Shown here one piece after another: positions 10,912 to 23,977 of a DNA stretch of 64,000 bases. Made by a program: the position numbers and the translations under genes. Below the pieces are notes generated by a model, which was not told the DNA's origin, ran no database searches, and saw only the letters and a program-made list of their open reading frames with translations. Numbering within the stretch: position 1 is the stretch's first letter; every line of letters starts with the position of its first letter. The stretch covers positions 122,701 through 186,700 of the forward strand of contig DF237070.1 in NCBI GenBank assembly GCA_000708835.1, read 5' to 3'. Origin of the DNA: Klebsormidium nitens. Its lineage: Eukaryota > Plantae > Klebsormidiophyceae.

Positions 10912-13900
10912 TCATCGCCGAAGCGAACCCCATTTTCGGCCCCCCTGCACATGTCAAGTCACAATCGAGATTAGCCCATCTGCCTCCACAGCACTTGGCA
11001 AAGCACGCCGCTCCGGCTCACTAGCGCTAGAATATCGTGCAGAGAAACACGTCAGGCTAAGACGAACTGGCTGTGGGCTTGATCAGCGAAGCTCTAATAT
11101 CCAAGGACACCGTGCGCTTCACATTCAGGATATGACACAAGTCCAGAGGGGCATCGTGTGGTGGTATCTTAAATACAGGGGACTCGTCAACATCAGCAGA
11201 CTGGATTCAAGGAAGGGTGTACGGGATCGGAGCACAAAAGCTGTCAAGCTCCAATTCGGGGAACTTCCATGTACGAAAAGCCGAGTGAGGGCGTCGGAAG
11301 AGGTTCTCTAACCTGAGACGCGCTCTCCGTCATTCTGCTGCTGCGCGCGCTCAGCCCCCCCCGCCCGCCGTCGTCCTCCTCTTCCTCGTCGTCATCTTCG
11401 ACAAACGCGCGCCGCCCAGCTTTCGCCTTCTTGGCAGGCGGTGCCGCGGCCGCCCGCCCGCGGCCCTGCCCGCTGGACGGCCGCTTCCGGTTCCGTGACG
11501 GCTGGGGTTCCTGGCGGAACAGGAAGCCGACGGAACCGCTGAGATCGTTGCCGGGACGAGATGTGATGGCGACTCAACAGAACACTGAATCTTATCGTCT
11601 TTGCTAGTCTAGGATCCAGATGTCTCTCAAGATTCTGTGTGTTCCTCTGTACGGTTGGGGATCCTTAAATGACTCGGAACGGTGAATTGAGAATAGGTGA
11701 GCTCTGGCGAGTACACCTCCCGGTCACCAGGGCACAAACATTTCAGTATCTTGAGACGTTTACACGAAGACTTCCGCTCCGTTTAAGATCCAGTTTAGAA
11801 AGCCTCAAGAGCACCAATCACGCACGCCCAGACTCCACAGACTTCTGCAAATCTCGAAAACACGATAGACCGTGTGGATTCCAGGGCAGAATGAAGACTC
11901 TTTGACGCATGGTGCACCATCGAAGAAGACGCCTTTTCACTAAGAACATGCAACCACACGGAACCGCCTAAACAAAGAGCCGTCTCCGCAGAAAGCGCAA
12001 CATGATATCAAGCTCAGAACCGGAAGAGCCGGATGCTCAATCTGAGGATGCTTACGTCATCCTCCTCCTCGTCCTCGTCGTCGAGCGCAGCGTCCGCCTC
12101 TAGTTCCTTCCGCAGCTCCTCGTCGTCGCTCTCCGACAGCTCGTCCTCTTCCAGGTCGGCGGCTTTGGCGCGCACGGCGGCCGACGCGGCCGCGGCCGCG
12201 GCTCTACATGGGTCGAAAGATCGTCGCTTTGAACCAATTTTCTCGCAAGTGGAATGTCCGGATGAAGAGGATTTGAGTGTGAGGGTATCGAAATGATCTG
12301 AAAGCCGACGGGCTCTTAGCAAGGGGAAAGAACCGCGGACGGAGAGACGGCCGCGGTCCCTACACGGTAAGAAGTGTTGCATTGTTCCACCTTACACTAT
12401 CAGGGCCGTCAAGACTAGGGTTCGGAGTAATTTGAAGTTACTTGGTCCCTTGATACTAAAGTCAAGGGATCGCGGTCGATGGTCAACGAAACGAAATTGG
12501 AGAACAAGGCCCCACACGGAGCAAGCTGCACCGAAACGCTGATGCTGTTTTGGGTGCCAGTGGTTGAGGAATCATGAATCACGGTGCGTTTATATGATCA
12601 GTTGGATAATGGAGGTGGTTGGACCGTATGAGAGAACGTGAGGAAAGTGGTTCGATGAGATGGTCACGGTAAACCGCCTCTGCATAGCAGGAAAGGGAAG
12701 GAGAAAGGTGAAGGAGGGGTTGATCGCAGAAGGACGAAGAATGGGTTTTAGTATCTGATCTGTTCGACACGACATAGTTCCTCGCCACGCAAGTAAGCGA
12801 TCATCCCAGCGGAACAGCAGGTAGCAGAAAGTGACCCCCCCTGGCTCCCCAAACAGCCCCACCGCATCATAACAATCGCTTATGCCGAGGTCCGCCTCGA
12901 GCATTCTCTTCCGCAACCAAAGCAAGTGTAGACTTGATGGAACCCTTTTAATCCCAAGCTGTGATCGGCCACGGCTCCAACTTTCGGTCTGTGGGTCTCC
13001 ATCCAACCATTCTCCCTCCCACCCACGCAAACCCACCTCTGCGATGGCTTCCGACCGCTTGTTCCAGCCGCTTCCTTCCCCCGTCCCCGTCCCCGTCCCC
13101 TGGCGCCCCCGGTAGACGCCCCCCGACCGCCTCTGCCCCCCCGGCCCCGCCCAGTTCCCGTCGCTTGGAGAGACGCCACCAAATTCTCCTCGTCTTCGTC
13201 GTCTTCCATGTCGAGACTCGCGGGCCGTTGAGAAGCTGGCTGCTGCGATCGGGCGCCCATGCTTTCGAAAAGAGAAGTCTGCAGAGGATGGAAACAGAGT
13301 TGGAGATTATCTTGGAATGGAAGCTGACAATTTCCGTCGCCTGGAGAGATGCCACCAGGTGTTCCTCGTCTTCGTCGTCTTCCATGTCGAGACTGGCGGG
13401 CCGTTGAGAAGCTGGCTGCTGCGATCGAGCGCCTGCGCCGCCCATGCTTTCGAAAAGAGAGGTCTGCAGAAAATTAATGGAAATGGAATGAGTGGAAACG
13501 GATTGAAAAGGTCGCTGGGAGAGACGCCACCAAATTCCCCTCGTCACCGTTGTCTTCCATGTCGAGGCTAGCGGGCCGCTGCGATCGGGCGCCCATGCTT
13601 TCGAAAGGGAAGTCTGCAGAAATACAAAGAAAAGGTTGCTTGGAGAGACGCCACCCCATTGTCCTCGTCTCCGTCGTCTTCTATGTCGAGACTCGGCGCA
13701 GAGTTTTGGAACCTTCGCAAGAGACAATATACAAAACTCGACTGACAACATCCGCGCAATCTCCGGCACGTTCAGGGAGGGCCAGAGCCTAACGTCCAAA
13801 AAAGCGCCAAGAAATAACTTGCGAGGCTCAAAAGCTCCCACCCTTGCAACCGGTAAGAGAGCAAGCTTCAATCTAAGTTCTATCTTACGTATCAGGACGT

Positions 13901-16900
13901 GAGGCCTTCAGCGCTTGCCACGTGGCCTCACCTGGCGTGCCCTCCCTCGGCCTGTGGGCGTCGGAGTGGCTGCTGGCGTCTGCGGGGTTGCTTGGCTGCC
14001 AGAGGGGCCTGCTGACGTCACCCCGGTCCGGCCACTCGTCGCCGGGGCAGTCCCGTTGGTTGGCTGCTGGGCATCTCGTTCTGCGTCTTTCCTCTGAAAG
14101 GTCAAATTCAGGAAACGAACTCAGCGGCCAATCGAAGGAAGGACAATCCCCACGTTCCGCTGAGTGTGCCGTTTCTCATCCGGGATTGGAAGCCTTGGCA
14201 GGTCAACGTGACCGTAAGGAGATATACCAGATACTTTCTTTTTACAGATTTGTAAGTCTGGCTGCTGGGCATCTCGCTCTGCGTCTTTCCTCTGCGGGGT
14301 CAATTTCAGGATACAAACTCAGCAGCCAATCAAGAAGGGGACAATACCCAGGTTCCGGTGACTCTGATTTCCCGTTCTTCGCCGCAGGATCGAAAGCCTT
14401 TGCAGGTCAATGAGACCGTAAGGCAGTGTACCAAATACTATTTCTTTCACGCAGACTCTAAGCACCCTCGTTTAGCTCCGCAGGTCAGCGAGCATCACCT
14501 CACGAAGCAGGGCGAGAGAGGTCACAGGCACGGCGCTGACAACCAACAATTGACGCCAAGCTCGCGATTCCTCTCCATTCCTACATGCAGAACTTTTATC
14601 ACTCCTTTGAATGATCGGCCATCGTTCCGGGTTCCTGAAGTCTAGGCATTGAGGCTTGAAGAGGGTGCGTGGAGGGCGAAATTGACGCGCCCTTACCTGC
14701 ATGTGCTGGCTAATCTTTTCGGCCAGGTCCTTCTCCCCCTGGATACTTCGAGCCGTCCCCTCTTCGAACAACGTGGCCTGTATAGAGAGAAAGCTGAGAA
14801 GGCTGAAAAGGGAGGGGGAAGCACTCGTTGAGTGCACAAATCTGATACTGAAGCTACTGCTGCGGAACGTTCTAATTGATGCGGAAGCGACGTGACGAGC
14901 AGTGTGCTGTGTATTCCGACGAAAGGGTGCTGAAGTTTCCATTTGTCGGAACCGCTCCCAAAGCTGGACGATTCTCCACTTAGACTTCTGACGTAACTAG
15001 CAGGAAACAGCGTCAGCTGAGTGTAAACTGAGGCAAGCCCCACCTGCGTGTTTTCCAGAGTCCCCTTGACGCACGACTGGAACGCGTTCTTGTCGTCCTT
15101 GTTGACGAAGTAGTCCAGGGCGCGCCCCAGATCCGACGCATGGATGATCTCCATCTTCTGCAGCACGCGAGGGAGCCAAAAGATTCGTCTCCCAAAATCC
15201 GCTATGACTTGCTGGGCCAAAGAATGGGCTGCCAATAATGGGGACCGTAGGAGAGGGCTAGACTATCCCAAAGGGTTTCCGAGGGGGCTTACAAACAGAT
15301 GGCGTCGGACGAACATAAAAGTTGGGCGAACAAAGGTATTAAAGAGGACAAAGGAAGAAACTCAGTAGAGAAGAAAGAGCAGAAGGTCTGCATGTGTGCT
15401 CAATACCGATTTATTTGATTCGTCGCACAAGTACATCAACCATCTTCGTCGAATGCCCGCTGCAGAAGGCGGAGAAACCGGGACAGGGCGGCAGGACTTT
15501 CCGCTCTTGGGTACGTCAGCACGGAGAATGGAAGGAGAGCACAAATGATGCGGAACTGGCGAGAAGCAGAAGGGGTTCAAAACAAACGCGGAATGACAGA
15601 ACCGGGAGCGAAACGACGTGACAACTCACCAGATTACTCTCCGCCAGGAGTAGCTCGATGTTGCGCTGGTCGAGCGCTTCGGGCCGCAGCCGCTCCGACT
15701 CGTCAATGACGTCATTCCCTGCAAGCAGAGTTAGACTGGTTAATGCACTAGCGCCTGTCAACTCGGCTGACGTCGTCACAAACGCTCCGTGTAATTCAAG
15801 ACCTTTCCTTCTGATGAGCTACTCAGAGCCTCCTTTTAAGTTGTTAATCCAAACACTGGAGGTGCGCGACACAAAAGCGAGGTCCTGACAATGTCTTTAC
15901 CGCACCTTTGTAGAAGGAAATGGACAAGCTCCCAAACGGAGAAGCACAAATGAAAACGACCGCTGTTCTCGCCGCTTGAGAAAGTAGAAAAAGATGTGCA
16001 CACCTTCCGCTCGTTCCCGTTTCTTCGTCGCTTTGGTGAAGAGCAAGATGTCGTGCGGGTTCGCAACCTGCGGCAGTCGACAAGAGTTAGTCGACCGAAG
16101 TCATATAGAATCAAACTTTCATAGGCATGTTTGCTGAGAGCGCTGACTTGCACACGGTGCTAAAGTTTCCGGCCGTAAGAAGTTATCGCCCTCTCACACG
16201 GAAGTTTTCCCGCTTCTTCCTCTTACAACCTTCGTATCGTGGCATCCAACGGGGGGATCCAAGTGGGCGATTCAACGGGACCACCGTAATTATTGTAGAC
16301 CCCTGATACATTCGAAAAAACCAGTTGGCTCTGAATTTCAATTCAAGAGTCCCCAGAATGAACCCTAGTAAAGCACCGGAAACGAAAGTTCTGGTTGCAA
16401 AGGAGTTGGAAAAAAGGATGGGAATGTTCGTCTAAGCGCTCGCTGCACTGTTCACGCAACCAAGAGACGTAGGATGAGCAAAGAAGGATGCTGCGGATGT
16501 GCGGGCATATTAGATGAAATTGTGCAAGAAGACTTACCTTGCCAACGAACTTTTGCCCAAAGCGCTGTGGATTGACCGTTGAGAAACCCGTGTAGTCAAC
16601 CTGCAAACATCCATGTTCATCGCATTTCAGAACGATGTCCAAAGGAATCAAATTAGGCATGAGGGCTCGGCTTCAGCATGATGAGTATTAAAGGCCGGAG
16701 CATTTGAGCTTGACTTGCTTAGCATGGCGTTCAAGTAGACGATGGCTCAGCTTCGGTTACCCTAAAACGGCTCTCCCTGAACCTTGCGAATGTATGTGCA
16801 GTATTTGCGACGCTTGGCCCCATGCAAAGCGAGTAGGTGAAGGTCTCCAGGCAGTTGGTGGGTGCACGCACCTTGTCATTCAACTTCATAGTAAAGGCTC

Positions 16901-19900
16901 CGCTATGCGAGGACGCTGCAGCGGATGACTGGATTGCCTACGATCTTTGCCGCAAGTCACACGCTCCACCTCATGTTTGCAGATGTGGCACGTTGAAACG
17001 GAGGGAACCAGGACGAAGCAGCGACAAGGAAAGAAGTACGTGTAAAAAATGGTGAGACGACTTACTCGTATCCGAATGAGGGGCAGCATCTGCTCCTGCC
17101 GGTATGCGTTCTCCTCTTTGGCGCGTTCAATCAACTCTTCTACCTGTCGGAAAAGGCATCAGGGTGTGTCGTTGCTAGACCTTGGCCATTTTGAAAATTT
17201 TATGAAGTTTCGTGATGGCGCTTCCCCCTAGAATTACTCAAAAGAGAGTGAGCAAGGTCAATACGATGTAGAATGGTCGCGCTTTTGCGACCTTGGCTGA
17301 AAGTACAGGCCTTTGATCAGAAGCTGCGAGAATTATCATGCGCGGGCCTCGCTTGACGTGGCAGATTCGTGGAGAGCAAGGCAAAGTCGACATGCAAAGC
17401 ACGAGCAGGCCTACTCTTCATAGTCCGCTATTACACGCCGGCACGGTAGAGGATTCACGGCTTCGGAAGGCGTATCCAAGTCCTACATTCTCGCGGCTCT
17501 CAAGCGTCATACTTGTCACCCAAAAGATTGTCGCGGTTCACGATAACGACGACTTTGGGTGGCATACCTTGCTCGTCAGAAGGTCGAGGACTGCGTTCTG
17601 GTCTTCGGCGTTAATGTTCGCATCGCCAAGCGAAACCTGCAGAAGCCAATGCTTTCAATCGCTTCGTGTGCAATTCAATGCAACTTGCCGTGTCCTTTCA
17701 CAGAAGGCAAAACTCCATGCAACTGAGGTAATGCCACCCATATCACGTCCCAGCGAAAAGTGCGGGGATTTCCATTTTCCCAGATTGACATGTTCCTTCA
17801 ATCTGAAACCTTGATTGTCGGGTTCAAGCTTTTCATGAGACACAATTGTTTGCAAATCAAGATTTCTGCGAGCATGATACTTTTGAGAACTAAGAATTGG
17901 AAAAGCCTAGTTCCTGAGCTTTTGGCCAACAGATTGCTTATTTAGCGCTTTATTGAACTTATCCGTGCCAAATCGCTCAGTTTCAAAATAGAAGTGCTTA
18001 TTGCGAATAAGAGAACTTGTGGCAGAAATCTGCATTGACTGCCTATCAAAAAAAGGTGAACAGAGTTCGTACGTCCGAATGCTCAAAGGGTCGAACGGAC
18101 TCGAGGGGTATCTTCGTTGGACGCCACTGGGAACCCTGCGAAGCAGAAAGAACGGGTTGTGTCTTCAGCTCAACCAGCAGCTTGTATGCTGACAATCAGC
18201 AACCTCACGATGAGTGGGCGCTGCAGTCTGTCCAACTTCGCTAACACACAATCCCTTCACGCAACACAGAGTGATTTGAATTTGCACCAAATGTCACGAC
18301 GCTCAAACTAAAGTTCCTGTCTCAAACGACCCTGATACTTGTCAAGGCTCAGCAAAATCTGTAGCTTCGCAACGCCAACAGCCATGACTAGCTAAGAAGC
18401 GACGAAAAGGAGGAAACGAATAATCAAAGGCTGCTATAGCCAACGACAGGTTCAACTTCGAGAAGTCCCACAAGAGGTTTCGTATCTTCCTCAGACTTCA
18501 GAAGTAGGTACCTGACCCAAATGCGACAACGACGATACGTAGAACGTCTCCTGCCCCCAGGTGATCAAGTTTCTTGACGAGAAACGTTTCTTCCACAACT
18601 GTTTACCCGGATGTCCATGAGCAGCACGTGCCCCTTCTTGGCCCCCTTCTTGGCGCCCTCGATCAGCGCCTTTAACAGTGACGTTCACTGAAAGCGGCTT
18701 CTATTCCCGCTGACTAGGTTTGTTTAACGACGAATATTCTCCGTGACATCTCTCAGCATCTCCATGAGCAGCACGTGCCTCTTCTTGGCCTCGCCCTCGA
18801 TCAGCGCCTTTGACACTGACGCTCACTGAAAACGGCTCTTATTGCCGTCAACCAGCTTTAATCAAGGAAAAAATGCCCTTCCCGCAACAACTCACCCGTA
18901 TCTCCATGAGCAGCACGTGCTTCTTCTTAGCCTCCCCCTCGATCAGCGACGTCGCGACTGACGACCCGGGCTGCGAGATCTGGAACTGCGCCCCGGCGAC
19001 CTCTTCCGGTTCCACGCGGCACTCGTGCTCGTGACCCCAGACCACAAAGTCCAGGAATCGGGGCAGCAGGTGCTCGTCGATCGCAGACTTGGCGCTGTGC
19101 TGTGCTCTGCAAGAAGAGCGAGTCGACACTCTTTTTAAACGCTGTGCAGGCGTCAGCGCGTAGCACATGCACGGAGATGCAAGGGAGTGCGCGAGGCTCT
19201 GCAGAGTGTGTTGGGAACTTGGTTTGGAGAAGTTACAAAAGCCGGTCGGTCTGAGAGAGAGAGCAAGACGCTGCAAGGTATTTCGGGCAATGGGGTCCAA
19301 TTTGAGACGGATCTATGGCGAAAAGTATTCATCGGTCCCTCAGTACTGCAGATTCTTTCTGAGATTGCCACCAACCCTCATCAAGGTTGACAGGATCTGA
19401 GTGGGTTCTGCAAGATCTCTTACATGTGCGAAGGACGTCACCGTTCTTGGATGAATGATGTCGGTGTTGAGCCCTTGTACGCGCCTTGCCCGAGGGCTCG
19501 AATCGCCCGAAACGAATTTCAAGCATGCACTCGGATCCACATTGTTCCGACTGGGAGCAAGATTGGGCAAGCGCGATGCCGCAAGGACAGCAGCGAGGCG
19601 CTCGACTGACGGAGTTGAAATTTGCATCGCGAAGCGCTGACCTGTTTTGATGGAGGACGAAGATGCTGAACCACTCTGCGATATCGACGTTGCTCGTGCT
19701 CTCCGGACGAATCCATTGGACGCAATGTGGAGTCTGCGAACGGTAAACAGTGGCGCGTTGGGTGACGCTTTCTTCATTTGCAATTTGATACGCATCCTGA
19801 TACAACCCTCCAGGAGATTAAACGGCACGCTCAGGTTCAATACAAGTAAGGCCGCACCTAAAGTCGGAAGCTGAAAGTAAGAAGTCGAAAGTGGAAGGGT

Positions 19901-22121
19901 AGATCACAGAGACGGGGGAAAAGGATGGACAGAAGGGACGAGATTCCCACCTTGAACATTCTGTTGAGGCGCTCATCTCGAATATTGCCTAGGCCGTACA
20001 GCGCAAGCTTGGTGGAACCCTGCATTCCAGAGCGAAGAGGCTTTCAGAGATCACAACTTGAGCACCGCACGAGCACCATATTGAAGCTATCGCATATACC
20101 AGTCCTTCGTGCCTAATCCTGGGCATTACAACGTTCTCAGTCGATCAAATACCGATTGTCACAATTGCCTTTGCACTCACTGATCAACGGTGGGTACTGC
20201 CGAATGGAAGAGGAGAGTCTGCACAAACCTTTCATCCGTGTAATAAGGGCTCGCATGACATTACAAAAGGACCGTTCTTCAGAAGCGGCCAATCTTGGCG
20301 ATTGTTCTGGGGCCCGACTCATCTTTCTCAGTAGGACTGGCCGCAGCTTGATCTGGCCCGTTCCAGAGCCATCCAGCGCCATCTTGCCAAAGTAGTTGAC
20401 CAGATTGGAGGCAGACAGGATGTCAATGGCAGACAGATTGTCCTGAAAGCAAAGGGGACCGTCTCCGAACTGCTCAAGATCGATGAGTCGGATGAACGAG
20501 TTCAATGCCACCCCAAAGATTCAATTTGTACCGTGATGAAGAATCTTTTACGAAGAACTTCATGAACATAACGTCGACATGACAACGTGATTGGCAGCTC
20601 GCAATGAAGCCCAGATCAGCCCTGAAACATCTGGAAGGTGCTCGAGTCCAGGGGGATTCTCTGTAGGATGCTTGACGCTAGGAATCAAGAACACTCACCA
20701 CTCCTGCTGGATCGTCGTGGTTGCCATGGATTGTAAAAACGGGAATGCCAACGTTGAAGTTTGGGTCCTCATAATTGACGTGACCAAACCTGTGAGGATG
20801 AAAAGTGAGTTAAGAGCTTGGTTTAGGTGGAAGTGAGAGGCAGCTTCTGCTGATAGAGGGGGTAGAAAGTCATGGAACGAAAAGCATTCTACAGTGTCTC
20901 GACATACAAGCAAAGCTTCAGATTCTTTCCAGATCACCAGCAAGAGCAGTCCAGACAAGGCGGACGGGGGTGGTACAAACTCATAGGGACTGTCTACGCA
21001 CCCGCTTGCAAAGTTGACACTCTGGTCGCTCACAACCTGGAAACCAACGGGCTTGTCACCAAGGCAATACTTGCGAAGGATCTCGATGCAGCGAACCAGG
21101 GTCATCCGAGAGGGTTTGTTTTCGTGGAAGAGGTCACCTCCCAGGAGCACAAAGTCAACCTACAGGAGGAGGGAGAGTCGGGGTTGGCAAGGAATCTGAG
21201 GTCCTGTTTACAAGCCTAAAACGTCAATCTTCGAAGTTCCAGTATAGGCTTGGCAGTGGCCAGTTCGTCTAGCTGCTTCCAAAAAGGAGGAGTAAAGAAG
21301 CGAACGATGTTGCAATAGAAGTCATTGCCTCAGGAAGAATGCATGTAGGAACCACCTTTTTGGAACATAAGAGCAGAGAGTGATTGGGCATCCAATACGC
21401 TCTTTCTTCAAAGGTGTTTTTGAGGACTTTCTGGAGTTGCAACTGCTCAAGGTGCTTGTTAAGCTGACAATCACCTGACGCTGCTTTGCCTGCTTGAAGA
21501 TCTCTTCAAATGCTACAAAGGAGTCGTCCCTTCGGATCTCATCCTTCTCCATGTAGCCAAGGTGGCAGTCTGTGGCCACCAGTACTCTGAATGTGTTTGC
21601 ATCGTCGCTGCAGCAGAGATGTGAATATATGAGGCTTTTGAAGATTTTGCCCGGTGTCTTCACTTTTCATGTATGTGAAGAATAACAAGAACCAGTCTAC
21701 GTCGCCAATTCCTGCTATTGATAGCAAAACACATGGAGTCTCTTGCACGGTGGAATTTACCAAGCCAGCAGGCTTTAGTGTGCAGCTTGCTCATATGCAC
21801 TTTCTTCGCACTTTTTACACTTTCACACAATTTACACTTTCTTACGATATGCTGCAGCTTAATCGTATGCACACTGGCAATTGCATTTTAACAGTCAGTA
21901 TAAACGTGCACAACAGCAGTGCTTCCACGTACAAGGTATCTCTGTGTGATGCTGAGACTCTCCAAAGTTGCAAAAGCTGCAGCAATTGCTGGTGGTGTTC
22001 TCATGCGTGGCTTCAACTAATGCCTGTGTCAATCAGTCCATTAGCAGTCCATTGACTTCTCCTACAAAATGAAACGGGGTTCACCATCTTACCTTTGACT
22101 TTGGTCCACCGGTTCTCCCAT
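10912..22121 (-). CDS. MRE11: MRE11 double-strand break repair nuclease, 21 exons
   Basis: Exons 22121-22093, 21607-21475, 21159-21002, 20789-20699, 20442-20323, 20019-19951, 19733-19642, 19106-18896, 18135-18073, 17636-17568, 17143-17066, 16600-16538, 16067-16004, 15718-15630, 15157-15044, 14777-14697, 14093-13932, 13278-13037, 12203-12056, 11510-11313 and 10944-10912. Phosphoesterase motifs [32 protein letters not shown] and WGHEH, plus [27 protein letters not shown]-rich GAR region and plant-type terminus KWGSLRR*. One donor reads AT (see findings). Confidence 0.96.
13169..13700 (-). repeat. Four tandem copies of the MRE11 exon-18 5' segment (one functional, three truncated)
   Basis: Repeated gagacgccacc...gtcttccatgtcgagact units at ~13169, ~13343, ~13517 and ~13641. 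The first three carry the tctgcag acceptor; the ~13641 copy is truncated before it. Confidence 0.9.
14060..14420 (-). repeat. Tandem ~195-bp duplication of the MRE11 exon-17 acceptor and first codons
   Basis: ggctgctgggcatctcg(t/c)tctgcgtctttcctctg...caa(a/t)ttcagga..c(g/a)aactcagc..ccaatc occurs at ~14062 and ~14259. Both copies encode [11 protein letters not shown]. Confidence 0.88.
18605..18950 (-). repeat. Three copies of the 3' end of MRE11 exon 8 ([15 protein letters not shown])
   Basis: tccatgagcagcacgtgc...cttctt(g/a)gc...ccctcgatcagcg occurs at ~18612, ~18760 and ~18900. Confidence 0.9.
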
Positions 22122-22682
22122 TTCTCAACTGGTGAGGTGCTATAGCCTATAGTCAGCTCCTTTCACTTACAGTACAACTATTCCTACACGCTTGAGCGAA
22201 ACGCTTATGTCATCGCAGCACCTTGCGCCACCAGCATCAACGCCAAGACAACATCAGGACTGAAGGAAGGACGAATGCTCCGATCTCCTGGCACCAGCAA
22301 GCTGAGCGAGCATATCATTCATCAGGCTATCTGAGCGCCACAGCTTCGAACCTTTGAAGGCTGGTCGCGGTCGTCACCTAGTTCCAGGATATGGCGGGAG
22401 ATTCGTAGCAGGGGCGAGAATTCTCTGCAATCTGATTGGCTCGACTTGCTCTGACTCAGACTCGGCCTGCCAATCGAAACGGTTTGAAATCGTTCTGAGC
22501 ATTACCGGGCATGTTTACAAATCAGAGGCCCGAGGCTGAGCTCATGAATGCAACCGCTGACTCTGAGAAGCTGGAACTGGTTCAACTTCAAGTTCAAGCA
22601 AAGCAGTTCAATCAAGAAATAGGCTTGCGACTGCCCTCCGTTTTCGAAGCCAGGAAGGGCGCATCAGGGGCGCATTGTCATA
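22122..22682. promoter_or_regulatory. Compact bidirectional promoter region between MRE11 and DOMINO1
   Basis: Head-to-head ATGs about 560 bp apart. Confidence 0.55.
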
Positions 22683-23977
22683 ATGGCGGACCAGGCTGCT
22701 GAAAACGAGAACGTTCAGGCTGCTGCAGATGTGGAAGGTGGATCTAACGTGGCAGCTGGAAAGCGCACGGCTGACGACAACGCCGAAGCGCCGGCGGCCA
22801 AGAAAGTTAGAGCAGATTCAGAGGCTGGGCCTGGAGAGGCAGGGAACGAAGAGACGGTAAAGGTCGAGGAGACTTTCGAAAATGCAGAGGAAGAGGCTGA
22901 AGATGGGGGAACTAGAGGTGGTGAACAAGTCCTGAAAGAGCCTGTGCGGTTGGGGCCAAAGGACTTCTACAGCCCCACAGTGACTTGTAACTACTTTCGG
23001 GACCTAATCAAGTTCTGGGCCCGCGATGTTGACATCAACGAGGTCAGTTTTCAGCATTGTGTTCCTGCGTCTTGAGTCTGTTGGTTTGGTGTGGGAATTG
23101 TCAGTCAACCTGAGGCAAGACCACACGTTGAAACAAGGGCAAATGCAAGAAGCTGAGTTACTTTGACCAATCTCATTACAATGCGAGCAAAGTCTTTGTA
23201 CTGCATTGCAAATATGTCGATGTGGCTGGTGATTGGGACTACTGCTGAGGTATTGCTACTTATTGCTCTGTTTTCCTGTAAAAAGCTTGACCCATTGAAA
23301 AGTTCTGATGGTGGTGGTGGTGTACGGGATTCCCTAGGGATCGGCACTTCTGATGGCTTATTTGATGCCGCTTTGTTGTTATTGCACCTTAAGCACTTCA
23401 TGAAGGGTATCTCGACATTCTTTTTGACACTCAGTATTGATTCTTGTTCTCAATTCTTGGACACAAGATGAAGAGCACTTCTACTCAGATGGTCCCCTCA
23501 GTTCAAGCGGAGATATCAACAATTGCGTCAGACGCCACGTTCTAACTTCAGTCTCTTAATACTCATTCCATTCATGCTTACTTTTTGTCCCAGTACGAGC
23601 ACATGGTGTTGCTAGACCTGCTGAAGAAGGGGCACAGCGACCCTGACGTCAAGATCGGCTCTGGGGTGAAGGCTTTCCAAGTGCGCCAGCACCCCGAGTT
23701 CGGCAACCCCTGCTTTTTCATCATCCGGACGGACGGAAGCGCCGAGGACTTCAGCTATCGGAAGTGCATGGACAAGTTGCTGCCTCCCATTCCTGAGGCA
23801 GCTTTGTCGCACCGGTCGGAAAAGGAGAACGGGGGAGGAGGTCGAGGGGGGGGAGGACGGGGGGGCCACCGGGGGGGAGGTCGAGGAGGGTTTAGAGGGG
23901 GGCGAGGAGGAGGGGGCGGTGGCGGAGGAAGGGGGCGGGGACGAGGGAGGGGCAGAGGAGGGAGGGGTCGGTGGTGA
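22683..23977 (+). CDS. EMB514: DOMINO1/EMB514-like DCL-family (DUF3223) protein with RGG tail, 2 exons
   Basis: Exons 22683-23042 and 23594-23977 (GT-AG, phase 0). The sequence LGPKDF...WARDVDINE|YEHMVLLDLLKKGHSDPDVKIGSG...CFFIIRTDGSAEDFSYRKC is typical of DUF3223. The C-terminal RGG box fits the nucleolar DOMINO1 clade. Confidence 0.88.

Noticed and set aside
14472-14640. Extra MRE11 exon between 14697 and 14093
   Set aside because: The phase-0 reading after the candidate acceptor hits a stop, and the gene splices in frame without it.
23105-23471. Hydrophobic ORFs inside the DOMINO1 intron
   Set aside because: Intronic T-rich sequence with no domain signal.
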